Shown in pieces: positions 10,766-20,166 of a stretch of 64,000 bases of DNA (its first letter is position 1; each line of letters starts with the position of its first letter). The DNA comes from Methanobacteriota archaeon (GTDB lineage Archaea; Thermoplasmatota; Thermoplasmata; SG8-5; JAGLSY01): positions 1 through 64,000 of the forward strand of contig JAEHCO010000007.1 in assembly GCA_020697715.1 (NCBI GenBank). Direction: 5' to 3'. The notes beneath the pieces are model-generated. The model ran no database searches, was not told where the DNA came from, and worked only from the letters and a program-made list of their open reading frames with translations. Made by a program: the position numbers and the translations under genes.

Positions 10766-12091
10766 ATGCACAAGAACATTTCAGAGATATTGGAAGAAGC
10801 TAAAAAAGTAAAATTAGAGAATGTCCGGGTCCAGTTCACGGACATACTGGGCAATCCAAAGAATATCGTGATACCCGAATGGAGACTGGAGGAAGCATTG
10901 GATGAAGGAATTGCCTTCGACGCATCTTCCATTGAAGGGTATGCGACGATTGAAGAATCCGACTTGATAGCGAAGCCGGATCTTGGCTCATGGCAGATAC
11001 TACCAGAATCATTGGAGAAGCGAGTGACAGCCAGACTCAACTGCGACATCTACCGCACGAATGGGGATAGATACGCTGGAGATCCAAAATACGTGCTCGA
11101 AAAAGCGATGAAAAAAGCGAGTGACATGGGCTATTCTGCGAATTTCGGGCCAGAATGTGAATTTTTCCTCCTGAAGATGGTGGATGGAAAGCCAACTACC
11201 ATTCCAAATGACACAGGGGGTTACTTCGATCTGTCACCCCGTGATCTAGCCGAGAATGTCAGAGGCGATATTTCGGCTCTGCTACAGGAAATGGGATTTC
11301 AAGTTTACACCACGCACCACGAGGTGGCGGCTGGCCAGCATGAGATCAACTTCCAATATTCCGACCCGCTGACGACAGCAGACAGAGTGGTCACACTGAA
11401 ATATGTATCAAAGATTATCTCACTTCGAAATGATCTTCACGCAACCTTCATGCCAAAGCCGATACATGGCGAGAATGGAACTGGCATGCACACCCACATG
11501 TCCTTGGTCGGCAAGGATGGAAATGCCTTCAATGATCCAGATGATGAAAATGGACTGAGCGAGCTGGCCTATAATTATATCGCCGGCCTTCTTCAATACT
11601 CCAAGGAGATGAATCCCATCCTCAATTCCTGGGTCAATTCCTTCAAAAGACTGGTGCCGGGTTATGAAGCTCCTTGTTACATCGCCTGGGCGACACAGAA
11701 CCGTTCCGCTCTTATTCGAATTCCTGCCAAGCGTGGCGGAGGAACCAGGATCGAGCTGAGAAATCCAGATCCTGCTGGAAGTCCGTATCTGCAATTCGCG
11801 GTCATGCTGGCTGCGGGTCTCAAAGGAATTGAGAACAATATGCAGCCACCAGAGAGGGTGGAGAAAGACATCTACAAGCTGTCACAGACCGAGAGGGCGA
11901 AATACAATATCGAATCACTGCCAGATAACCTTGGGCATTCGCTCACATTCATGGAAAAGAGCGAGCTGATGCTGGAGACACTGGGGCCGCATATCTTCAA
12001 TAATTTCCTGTATCTGAAGAGGAAGGAATGGGACGAATACCGAACACAGGTTACGGACTGGGAGATCGACCAGTATCTCAGTATATTGTAA
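10766..12091 (+). CDS. glnA: Glutamine synthetase type I
   Basis: FDASSIEG, HHEVAAGQHEI, FMPKP..GENGTGMHTH, KRLVPGYEAP, NRSALIRIP, RIELRNPD motifs; SD GAGGT before ATG 10766 (10760 also possible). Confidence 0.96.
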   Translation: MHKNISEILEEAKKVKLENVRVQFTDILGNPKNIVIPEWRLEEALDEGIAFDASSIEGYATIEESDLIAKPDLGSWQILPESLEKRVTARLNCDIYRTNGDRYAGDPKYVLEKAMKKASDMGYSANFGPECEFFLLKMVDGKPTTIPNDTGGYFDLSPRDLAENVRGDISALLQEMGFQVYTTHHEVAAGQHEINFQYSDPLTTADRVVTLKYVSKIISLRNDLHATFMPKPIHGENGTGMHTHMSLVGKDGNAFNDPDDENGLSELAYNYIAGLLQYSKEMNPILNSWVNSFKRLVPGYEAPCYIAWATQNRSALIRIPAKRGGGTRIELRNPDPAGSPYLQFAVMLAAGLKGIENNMQPPERVEKDIYKLSQTERAKYNIESLPDNLGHSLTFMEKSELMLETLGPHIFNNFLYLKRKEWDEYRTQVTDWEIDQYLSIL

Positions 12092-12163
12092 GCGGAGTAT
12101 ACCGAGCGAGCAGGCCTGGCGACATACAGCCACCTGGCTTACCTTGGCTTTCCAATCCAGATA

Positions 12164-13063
12164 TTATTCCTCATACAATCCAGTCGACAGATACTTCTCC
12201 CCACCATCTGGGAAAAGGGTAAGCACAATTCCCTTACCCTTCGCATTCTCCAACTGGCTGGCTTCCTTCAAAGCTGCGTGTAGAGCCGCTCCCGAGCTTA
12301 TACCTGCCAGTATTCCCTCGGCCTTTGCAAGTACCCTAGCGGTACTGAAGGCCTCCTCCTCGTTCACATATACCGTACGATCTATGAACTGGTTACTGTA
12401 AATATCTGGAACAGCCTGAACATCCAGGTTCTTGAGACCCTGGAGGGTTCCATTTGGTTTGGGTTGAACTCCCACTACTTTGATATCTGGATAAGCTTCC
12501 TTCAGACGCTTTGAGAGGCCAGTTATCGTGCCCCCGGTCCCCACACCGGCAACTAGAATATCGACATGTGGAAAGTCCGCGATTATCTCATCCGCTGTGT
12601 GGAGATAATGCGCCAGAGTATTGCACTCGTTCTTGTACTGATCCAGCATGACCATACCTTCTTCCCTAACAGCTTTTTCCGCGCTCTGGATGCTGCCGTC
12701 CACTCCATCTTCTTTGGGTGTCAGGCGCAATTCCGCACCCAAAGCTTTGAGCATCTTAATTCTCTCAAGGCTCATGTTTTCCGGCATATAGAGAACGAGA
12801 TGATATCCGCGCACCGCAGCTATCATCGCCAGCGCGATCCCCGTATTGCCACTGGTCGCCTCCACAATTGAGGAATCTGGGTTTAACAGCCCATCACGCT
12901 CCGCACACCGGACCATCTCCAGGGCCGCCCGATCCTTCACCGAGCCAGAAGGGTTGAAATCTTCCAGTTTGGCATATACCTCGACATTGCCATAATGCAT
13001 ATTGTTCAATCTCACAACGGGCGTCGCACCCACAAGATCCAGCATACTATCTACTACAACCAT
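12164..13063 (-). CDS. cysK: Cysteine synthase (O-acetylserine sulfhydrylase, PLP fold II, CysK/CysM type)
   Basis: AKLEDFNPSGSVKDR (PLP Lys), EATSGNTG, GVGTGGT, GISSGAA, PDGGEKYLST. Confidence 0.92.
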   Translation of the reverse strand: MVVVDSMLDLVGATPVVRLNNMHYGNVEVYAKLEDFNPSGSVKDRAALEMVRCAERDGLLNPDSSIVEATSGNTGIALAMIAAVRGYHLVLYMPENMSLERIKMLKALGAELRLTPKEDGVDGSIQSAEKAVREEGMVMLDQYKNECNTLAHYLHTADEIIADFPHVDILVAGVGTGGTITGLSKRLKEAYPDIKVVGVQPKPNGTLQGLKNLDVQAVPDIYSNQFIDRTVYVNEEEAFSTARVLAKAEGILAGISSGAALHAALKEASQLENAKGKGIVLTLFPDGGEKYLSTGLYEE

Positions 13064-13097
13064 AAATCACACTCTCCCAAAAATCAATGAAGGAGGT

Positions 13098-13169
13098 TTA
13101 CTCAAGACAACAGCCAGCGCACTCGCTCTTCACGTTAAAATCCTGCCTGAAGATGATTATGCTGGTCAT
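13098..13169 (-). CDS. Putative 23-aa Cys-rich leader peptide MTSIIIFRQDFNVKSECAGCCLE upstream of cysK
   Basis: ATG 13169 lies 31 nt downstream of the start of TATATATAA (13200-13192), consistent with a leaderless start; three Cys codons in the last 7 codons; stop 35 nt before cysK ATG. Below the ORF-track cutoff. Confidence 0.7.
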   Translation of the reverse strand: MTSIIIFRQDFNVKSECAGCCLE

Positions 13170-13288
13170 TGAACTGCCAAATAGAAAATTGTTATATATA
13201 GTTAACCCCCATTTTTTCTATATGGCTTAAAAGAAAAAAGTGGAGGCAAAGCTATACTGAAAATATTTATGCTCAAAAATCGACCCGA

Positions 13289-13546
13289 TCAAACGATATC
13301 TGGCTCACATGAGCCATCATCAAATAATTCGGTCTCCAACCTGAAGGTGACATTCATGCCCTTGAGGAGTTCATGCACCTTGTCAGCAAAGAAAACAGCC
13401 TCGTTCACAGTGGCACTACTATCCCACTCATAAACGAAATCATAGTTGCCAGTGGTTGGCTTGAATCCGATATTGCTAAGGCGGTCGACTACTTCCGAAG
13501 GTTTTGCGCCCTCCGTGCTGAACATCATGGTCATGTAGGTTTTCAT
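13289..13546 (-). CDS. Small hypothetical protein (~85 aa, alpha/beta)
   Basis: Clean ORF MKTYMTMMFSTEGAKPSEVVDRL..GNYDFVYEW, divergent from the gamma-CA gene; function not recognised. Confidence 0.7.
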   Translation of the reverse strand: MKTYMTMMFSTEGAKPSEVVDRLSNIGFKPTTGNYDFVYEWDSSATVNEAVFFADKVHELLKGMNVTFRLETELFDDGSCEPDIV

Positions 13547-13656
13547 GGCTATCAATATGGATATGTATGCTGGGATTATTAAACCTTTTCATTTGGATGT
13601 CATCTTTTGTTATACACATTATGGAGAAAATTACATATTTGCGCCCCGAATACCCG

Positions 13657-14169
13657 ATGACCATGAAGCCAAAGATCCATGAATCATGTTATATCGATCC
13701 AGCAGCCGTCATCATTGGTGATGTGGAGATAGCAGAGGGATGCTCCGTATACGCCGGAGCAGTTATCCGAGCCGATCTAGCTCCTGTCAGAATAGGCCCA
13801 GGCTCCAATGTGCAGGAGAACTGTGTGATACATGTTTCCAGGAATTATCCAGTCACTATTGGTAAAGACGTATCCCTGGGACACTGCTGTGTCGTTCATG
13901 GGGTCACCATCCATGATGATACAATAATTGGAATGAACTCGGTTGTCATGAATGGCTCAGAGATAGGTGCTGGCTCTATAATCGGAGGCAATGCTTTCGT
14001 GAAGGAGGGTATGAAGATCCCGGAAGGCAGCCTGGTATTGGGAGTCCCGGCGAAGATCATCAAATCAGGAGATGCCAGCTTACTTGAGCAGACACGCTTT
14101 AATGCGGAGACCTACCACATGCTGAGAGATGAGCATCGAGCTGGAAAGCATGAGCGACATCAAGAATAA
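13657..14169 (+). CDS. Gamma-carbonic anhydrase family (hexapeptide repeat, YrdA/PaaY-like) protein
   Basis: PKIHESCYIDPAAVIIGDV, IRAD, NVQENCVIH, GH.CVVHG Zn-binding His residues, GVPAKII; start approximate. Confidence 0.92.
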   Translation: MTMKPKIHESCYIDPAAVIIGDVEIAEGCSVYAGAVIRADLAPVRIGPGSNVQENCVIHVSRNYPVTIGKDVSLGHCCVVHGVTIHDDTIIGMNSVVMNGSEIGAGSIIGGNAFVKEGMKIPEGSLVLGVPAKIIKSGDASLLEQTRFNAETYHMLRDEHRAGKHERHQE

Positions 14170-14219
14170 TAGTCAGTTACCGTAAGCCTATCAGTGATCA
14201 TTCAACTATAGCAAAGTAT

Positions 14220-15713
14220 ATGTGGGTGTCCGTGTTTTTCGTGCCGATGAGAAGCCTCAGGATAATGATGCCAATATTTATAGTCGCAATCTTATTTATA
14301 TCGCTGGCTCCCCTTTCAGAGGCAGCTGATACTACACCACCAGTGACCACATTGACAATTACAGGCCCACAATGGAATATGACAATCGATAATACATCAT
14401 ACACATATGTTAATACAACCACACAGTTCAATCTTACATCCCAGGATGTCGATGGAACTGTTTCCAATATATCATACAGAGTGTGGCATCCGGCAAGCGA
14501 TTGGACTGCCTGGACAGTGTACGCAGGCAATTTCACCATAGATACCACTATTGACGGCTTTTATCATATCGAATATTACGCAATGGACAATTCCAGTAAC
14601 AATGAGACCGTGAACAACCAGACGGTCTTCGTCGATGTCAATGAGCCCGATATAGAGAGCCACACGCCACTGGATAATGCCATGGATGTACCTTGGGATA
14701 CTAATTTCACAATTGAATTCAATGAGCCCATGAACACAACGTCTGTTGAAGATGTTATTTCATTTGAGCCAGACATTGAAATAGACAGCTATGAATGGAC
14801 AGACAATAATATGAGCCTTGAGATACTATTCAAGGAAAACATGATCCATAGCACTAATTACATCGTGACTGTGGGAATGAACGCATCTGACCTTATGGGC
14901 GATACACTTGGATATAATTTCACTTTCAGTTTCACAATATGGCAGGATTTCGATGATGATGGCCTGCCAGATCATCAGGACGAGGATGATGATAATGATG
15001 GAGCCCTGGACATCTGGGAAGTCTTCATGGACACATCACCACTGAATGCAACAGATATTCCTACTGACACCGACAATGATGGAGCACCAGATGGTGATTG
15101 GAACAATTCTCAAGCATGGATGGATCTTGATGATGACAATGACACCGTCTCGGATGTCAATGACACTTTCCCAACAGATCCCAGAGAGCAGATCGATTCG
15201 GATGGGGACGGCATAGGAGACTATGCGGACGAGGATGATGATAACGATGATGTGGACGATCTGGACGATGCCTTCCCACTGAACGATGATGAGTGGGCAG
15301 ATACCGATGAAGATGGTATCGGAAATAATGAAGACACCGATGATGACGATGACGGTGTAGTCGACATCCATGACGCTTTCCCACTTGATAAATTGGAATT
15401 CCTAGATACAGACAGAGATGGCATCGGAAACAATGCAGATACCGACGATGATAATGACAATGTAACTGATGGAGAAGATCCATTCCCACTCGATAAATCC
15501 GAATGGGCAGACTTTGATGGTGATGGCATCGGGGACAATGGAGACACAGATGATGACAATGATGGCTATGTTGACAGCATAGATCCTGACCCATACGATG
15601 CAGAAGTTGGAAGGTTCAGCGACGGTATTATCTTATTATGGCTCATCATCGCAATTATTGTAGTGCTGGTAGGTCTAATGGCCTTCCTTGTTATGAAGGG
15701 ACCCCCACAATAG
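14220..15713 (+). CDS. Membrane-anchored surface protein: Ig-like and Big_5 domains plus thrombospondin type-3 (Ca-binding) repeats
   Basis: Signal peptide, DTTPPVTT, FNEPMNTTSV (Big_5), repeated DxDxDGIGxNxDxDDDND..DAFP motifs, C-terminal TM. True start may be ATG 14247. Confidence 0.85.
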   Translation: MWVSVFFVPMRSLRIMMPIFIVAILFISLAPLSEAADTTPPVTTLTITGPQWNMTIDNTSYTYVNTTTQFNLTSQDVDGTVSNISYRVWHPASDWTAWTVYAGNFTIDTTIDGFYHIEYYAMDNSSNNETVNNQTVFVDVNEPDIESHTPLDNAMDVPWDTNFTIEFNEPMNTTSVEDVISFEPDIEIDSYEWTDNNMSLEILFKENMIHSTNYIVTVGMNASDLMGDTLGYNFTFSFTIWQDFDDDGLPDHQDEDDDNDGALDIWEVFMDTSPLNATDIPTDTDNDGAPDGDWNNSQAWMDLDDDNDTVSDVNDTFPTDPREQIDSDGDGIGDYADEDDDNDDVDDLDDAFPLNDDEWADTDEDGIGNNEDTDDDDDGVVDIHDAFPLDKLEFLDTDRDGIGNNADTDDDNDNVTDGEDPFPLDKSEWADFDGDGIGDNGDTDDDNDGYVDSIDPDPYDAEVGRFSDGIILLWLIIAIIVVLVGLMAFLVMKGPPQ

Positions 15714-15863
15714 ATATCTGAATATAATGGACTGTCCAGGCATTCCAGGCATAAATGATCCATATATTGAGAGTACACATTTGTGAAATATTATTGAAAA
15801 TGTACGATTTGGTATTTGAAAAGCTTTATTATCCCATTTGAGATACCCACCTTCGGTGATATC

Positions 15864-16940
15864 TTGTCACATAATAGACTATTCATACCTGGACCAACAG
15901 AAGCGTTGCCCGAAGTGTTAGCAAAGCAGACCGATTACCTCATTGGCCACCGAAGCAAGGATTTTACAGCCTTGTACACCGGGATCATCGGCAAGCTCCA
16001 AGAGTATTTTGAGACCGAACAGCACGCGACCGTGTTAACGTCATCCGGAACTATCTGGATGGACATAACCGCTCGTAATATCGTGCAGAAAAAGGCATTG
16101 GCCGGAGTTTGCGGAGCTTTCTCGCAAAGAATGGCGAAGACCATTTCAGATTCTGGAAAGGAAGTTGACACCCTGGATGTCGAATGGGGTCAAGCAATAA
16201 AACCAGAGGCTGTCCTTGAGGCACTGGCAAAGGACGATTATGATACAGTTGCCATAGTTCACAATGAAACTTCAACTGGTGTTCGCAATCCAGTAGGAGA
16301 CATTGGCGCGGCCATCAAGAAGGAATATCCAGACATCATGTTCGTCGTGGATGCTGTTTCCTCAATGGGTGGCAATTACATGGTGCCAGAGAAGATGAAT
16401 ACCGATATCTTATTCGCATCCACACAGAAGTGTTTTGCATTACCTCCTGGCCTTTCCATCGCCCTGTATTCGGAAGAAGCAGTGGAGAGAGCGAGAACCG
16501 TGCCAGGCCGTGGCTTTTACACAGACCTGGTAGGAATTCATGATTATTATCTAAAGAAACAGCAGAACCCAACCACACCCAATATGTCCCTGATGTACGC
16601 ACTTACCTACCAACTGGACAGGATGCTGGCAGAAGGAGCGAAAGCAAGACATGATCGCCATGAGCAGATGGCACAGTATACTCGATCCTGGGCCAACAGG
16701 TACATGAAGATGTTCCCCGAGCCAGGCTATGAATCGATCACAGTATCCACCATTGCCAATACTCAGGAGAAGAATATTGGAGATCTGAACAAGGAACTGA
16801 GCAAGAAGGGGTACCAGATCGCGAACGGTTACGGAGCCAAGCTGAAAGAGAAGACATTCAGGATCGGGCACATGGGAGAATGGAACCTGGATGATATCAA
16901 ATCCCTATTATGGCATATCGATGAAATATGGGAGCAGTGA
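15864..16940 (+). CDS. Class V PLP aminotransferase (serine-pyruvate / alanine-glyoxylate type, probably acting as SerC)
   Basis: LFIPGPT, HRS, VHNETSTG, VDAVSS, STQKCFALPPG, FRIGHMG; SD GGTGAT before TTG 15864; operon with serA. Confidence 0.9.
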   Translation: MSHNRLFIPGPTEALPEVLAKQTDYLIGHRSKDFTALYTGIIGKLQEYFETEQHATVLTSSGTIWMDITARNIVQKKALAGVCGAFSQRMAKTISDSGKEVDTLDVEWGQAIKPEAVLEALAKDDYDTVAIVHNETSTGVRNPVGDIGAAIKKEYPDIMFVVDAVSSMGGNYMVPEKMNTDILFASTQKCFALPPGLSIALYSEEAVERARTVPGRGFYTDLVGIHDYYLKKQQNPTTPNMSLMYALTYQLDRMLAEGAKARHDRHEQMAQYTRSWANRYMKMFPEPGYESITVSTIANTQEKNIGDLNKELSKKGYQIANGYGAKLKEKTFRIGHMGEWNLDDIKSLLWHIDEIWEQ

Positions 16941-16946
16941 TTGAAT

Positions 16947-17849
16947 ATGAAAGTTATAGTATCAGACAAACTGGCAATGGAAGGCGTGCAGAAGCTGAAA
17001 GATGGTGGATTTGAAGTTCTCGAAGCTTGGGACGAACCAAAGGACAAACTACCAGAACTTATTGCGGATTGCGATGCGATCGTTATCAGAAGCGCGACCA
17101 AGGCCACGAAGGAACTCATAGACGCTGGCACCCAGCTCAAGGTTATTGGCAGGGCGGGTATCGGCCTGGACAATGTGGACCTGGAGCATGCCAAGGCAAA
17201 GGGCATTGTCGTGGTCAATACACCAGCTGCCACCACCGCATCAGTTGCGGAGCTCACATTCACATTGATGCTGGCCACAGTTCGTGACGTGGTTCGCGGA
17301 ACTACAGGCATCAAGGAAGGCAAGTGGGAAAAGAAACAGCTCAAGGGAAATGAGGTCTTTGGAAGGACACTGGGTGTCATCGGTATCGGCCGCATAGGAA
17401 CTGCCGTGGCCGAGAGAGCCGAGGCCTTTGGAATGAAGATCCTGGCCTATGATCCTTACACAAAGAGCGACAAATTTGAGAATGTCGATCTTGATACGAT
17501 CATAGCACAGAGCGATTTCATCACCCAGCACTTGCCGCTTACTCCCGAGACAAAGCACATGATCGGCAAGGACCAGTTCGCCAGGATGAAAGATGGCGTG
17601 ACCATTCTCAATGTCGCCCGCGGTGGAACTATCGACGAGGACGCACTTTATGACGCCATGGTCAGCGGAAAGGTTGCCAAGGCCGCATTGGATGTCTTCG
17701 AGACAGAGCCTCCCGTGGACAATAAGCTGCTTACGCTCCCCAACCTCATATGCACACCCCATATAGGTGCGCAGACGCATGAAGGGCAGTTAAGGGCAGG
17801 TATACAGGTTGCCGAGCGCGTGATGGAAGAACTGAACAAGTTAGGATGA
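16947..17849 (+). CDS. serA: D-3-phosphoglycerate dehydrogenase (short form, no ACT domain)
   Basis: RAGIGLDNVD, GIGRIG Rossmann motif, NVARGG, LDVFETEPP, TPHIGAQT. Confidence 0.88.
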   Translation: MKVIVSDKLAMEGVQKLKDGGFEVLEAWDEPKDKLPELIADCDAIVIRSATKATKELIDAGTQLKVIGRAGIGLDNVDLEHAKAKGIVVVNTPAATTASVAELTFTLMLATVRDVVRGTTGIKEGKWEKKQLKGNEVFGRTLGVIGIGRIGTAVAERAEAFGMKILAYDPYTKSDKFENVDLDTIIAQSDFITQHLPLTPETKHMIGKDQFARMKDGVTILNVARGGTIDEDALYDAMVSGKVAKAALDVFETEPPVDNKLLTLPNLICTPHIGAQTHEGQLRAGIQVAERVMEELNKLG

Positions 17850-17867
17850 ACGATAAGAGGTGAGAAC

Positions 17868-19106
17868 ATGGTAGTGGTAAGGGCATTCAATGGTCTTAGG
17901 CCGAGAAAGGACGTCGCGGACAAGGTAGCATCGCCACCATACGATGTGCTGGATTCAGAGGAGGCCAGGGAACTGGTGAAGACCAACCCAATGAGCTTTC
18001 TCAGGGTCGTGAAGCCAGAGGTCGATCTTGACCCGGATGTCGATCTTTATGGTGATGAAGTGTATCAGAAGGGAGCCAGTAATCTTCAGGCTCTCATAGA
18101 TGATGGTATCATGGTGCAGGATAAGAAACCCATATACTACTTCTACAAACAGGTTATGGGCGACCATTCACAGGTCGGCCTGGTTGCCACTGTCGCAGCC
18201 ACGGATTATGAGAATGACCTCATCAAGAAGCATGAATTCACCAAGCCAGACAAGGAAGCGGACCGGGTAAAGCACATCTTGACACAGAGTGCACAGTGCG
18301 GACCGGTCTTCCTAACCTATCCAGATGATGAAGGTTTCAATAAGCTTCAGGAAGATTTCTGCGCGGCCAATGAACCATTCGCGGACTTTGTTTCGCCGGA
18401 TGGGATCGGCCATGTATTCTGGACCGTCGAGGATAAAAAGCTGATAACCGCGATCAAGAAGGCCTTTGACAAGATACCCGCTCTGTACGTGGCAGACGGC
18501 CACCACAGAAGCGCAGCTGGCACGATAGTCGCGCAGACACGAAGAGCGGAAAACAAAAAGCACAAGGGAGATGAGGAGTACAACTTCTTCCTGGCTGTCA
18601 TATTCCCAAAGAGCAATATGAAGATACTGGCTTATAACAGGGCTGTGGCCGACCTCAATGGACTTTCAAAGGAAGAGTTCTTCGAGAAAGTTGGTAAGGA
18701 TTTCCTCATCGCGCCCGATGCAGATCCAGTGCCTACATGCAATCACTTTTACTCCGCTTATATCGATGGCGAGTGGTTTGGATTGGAGCCGCGTTACGGC
18801 ACATACCCAGCTGACGACCCGGTAAAGAGCCTGGATGCCAGCATACTGCAGGAGAACCTGCTCGGACCCATACTTGGCATTGAAGATCCGAGGACCAGCC
18901 AGCGCATAAAGTTCATAGGCGGGATAAGAGGGACACAGGAACTGGAGAAGCTTGTCAACTCGGGCAAGTTCGAGATCGCCTTCTCCATGCACCCCACATC
19001 CATCGAGGAGCTGATCAATGTCGCAGACAGTGGCAATGTCATGCCGCCCAAATCCACTTGGTTCGAACCAAAATTGAGAAGCGGACTTGTTGTTCATCAG
19101 ATATAA
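17868..19106 (+). CDS. DUF1015 family protein
   Basis: SPPYDV, IKKHEFT, YVADGHHRSA, MPPKSTWFEPKLRSGL motifs; follows serA. Confidence 0.9.
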   Translation: MVVVRAFNGLRPRKDVADKVASPPYDVLDSEEARELVKTNPMSFLRVVKPEVDLDPDVDLYGDEVYQKGASNLQALIDDGIMVQDKKPIYYFYKQVMGDHSQVGLVATVAATDYENDLIKKHEFTKPDKEADRVKHILTQSAQCGPVFLTYPDDEGFNKLQEDFCAANEPFADFVSPDGIGHVFWTVEDKKLITAIKKAFDKIPALYVADGHHRSAAGTIVAQTRRAENKKHKGDEEYNFFLAVIFPKSNMKILAYNRAVADLNGLSKEEFFEKVGKDFLIAPDADPVPTCNHFYSAYIDGEWFGLEPRYGTYPADDPVKSLDASILQENLLGPILGIEDPRTSQRIKFIGGIRGTQELEKLVNSGKFEIAFSMHPTSIEELINVADSGNVMPPKSTWFEPKLRSGLVVHQI

Positions 19107-19267
19107 CAAAACTGAGGCTAAGAAACAAGAGCCGAGCGAGCAGGCTAACCCGAGTTTTTTTGCACTGTAATACTTTTTTTGGAGGGTTAGCCAGAGGAGC
19201 TCGGCATTAAAAAAAGGCTTACGGTTCGAGCCAAAATTGAGAAGCGGACTTGTTGTTCATCAGATAT
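19060..19267 (+). repeat. 45-bp direct repeat of the DUF1015 3' end (19060-19104 and 19223-19267) flanking a 118-bp hairpin element
   Basis: GGTTCGA(A/G)CCAAAATTGAGAAGCGGACTTGTTGTTCATCAGATAT present twice with 1 mismatch. Confidence 0.93.
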
Positions 19268-19379
19268 GATCTTGCGCAAAATAGACAATTGATCACAAGA
19301 AGAGAATGACGCCAGAGATCATACCGACTCTGGCGTATTCTATTAAATAATATGTGGCCTTTAGGAAAATTGAAGTTTT

Positions 19380-20162
19380 ATGGTTCAGAAGATCAGTGGC
19401 ATTATCGCAGACCGCGCTTATTCAGAATATGAGAAAAAGCTTGTCAAAGAGGTTCAGGACGGTGAGTCTCCCAATCACCTGGCTATCATCATGGATGGTA
19501 ATCGCAGGTTCGCAATGGAGCTGGGACTGGGAAAGACCGAGGGGCATATCAAGGGCAAGAACAAGCTGGAAGAAGTTCTGGAATGGTGCCTGGAAGCTGA
19601 TATCAAAATTCTAACAGTGTACGCATTCTCGACCGAGAACATGACCCGAGATTCAAATGAACTTGCCACTCTGATGAAGCTCTTCGAAGAGAGCTTCCGA
19701 AAGGTAGCAGTGGACGAGCGCGTGATAAAGAATAAGATCAAGGTTCGTGTGCTAGGCGACACACAGATACTTCCTGATGAAGTGCAAGAGGCCATTAAGT
19801 TCGCTGAAGAAAAGACCAATGGCCATGATAATCACACCTTTAACCTGGCCATCGCTTATGGTGGCCGCCAGGAGATATTAATGGCCATCAAGAAGATCGC
19901 CGAGAGTGTGAAGAAAGGAGATCTGGAGCCAGCGGACATAAATGAAAAGATCTTTGCAGATTTCCTGTACACGGCCGACCTTCCGGATCCTGACCTCGTC
20001 CTTAGAACATCGGGCGAAGAGCGTATATCCAATTTCCTACTGTGGCAATTGGCTTACTCCGAATTATACTTCACAGATGTGTACTGGCCTGGCTTTAGAA
20101 AGATAGACTTTTTGAGAGCGATTCGTGAGTATCAGCGTAGAGCAAGACGATATGGGAAATGA
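19380..20162 (+). CDS. uppS: cis-prenyltransferase (undecaprenyl/polyprenyl diphosphate synthase)
   Basis: HLAIIMDGNRR, YAFSTEN, AYGGRQEI, RTSGEERISNFLLWQ, RRYGK. Confidence 0.96.
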   Translation: MVQKISGIIADRAYSEYEKKLVKEVQDGESPNHLAIIMDGNRRFAMELGLGKTEGHIKGKNKLEEVLEWCLEADIKILTVYAFSTENMTRDSNELATLMKLFEESFRKVAVDERVIKNKIKVRVLGDTQILPDEVQEAIKFAEEKTNGHDNHTFNLAIAYGGRQEILMAIKKIAESVKKGDLEPADINEKIFADFLYTADLPDPDLVLRTSGEERISNFLLWQLAYSELYFTDVYWPGFRKIDFLRAIREYQRRARRYGK

Positions 20163-20166
20163 TTAG

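Noticed and set aside
16938-16949. TGA followed in frame by serA, suggesting selenocysteine or readthrough fusion
   Set aside because: Both proteins are complete on their own, an SD-like GGAG/GTGAT precedes ATG 16947, and no SECIS is evident; ordinary tight coupling explains it.
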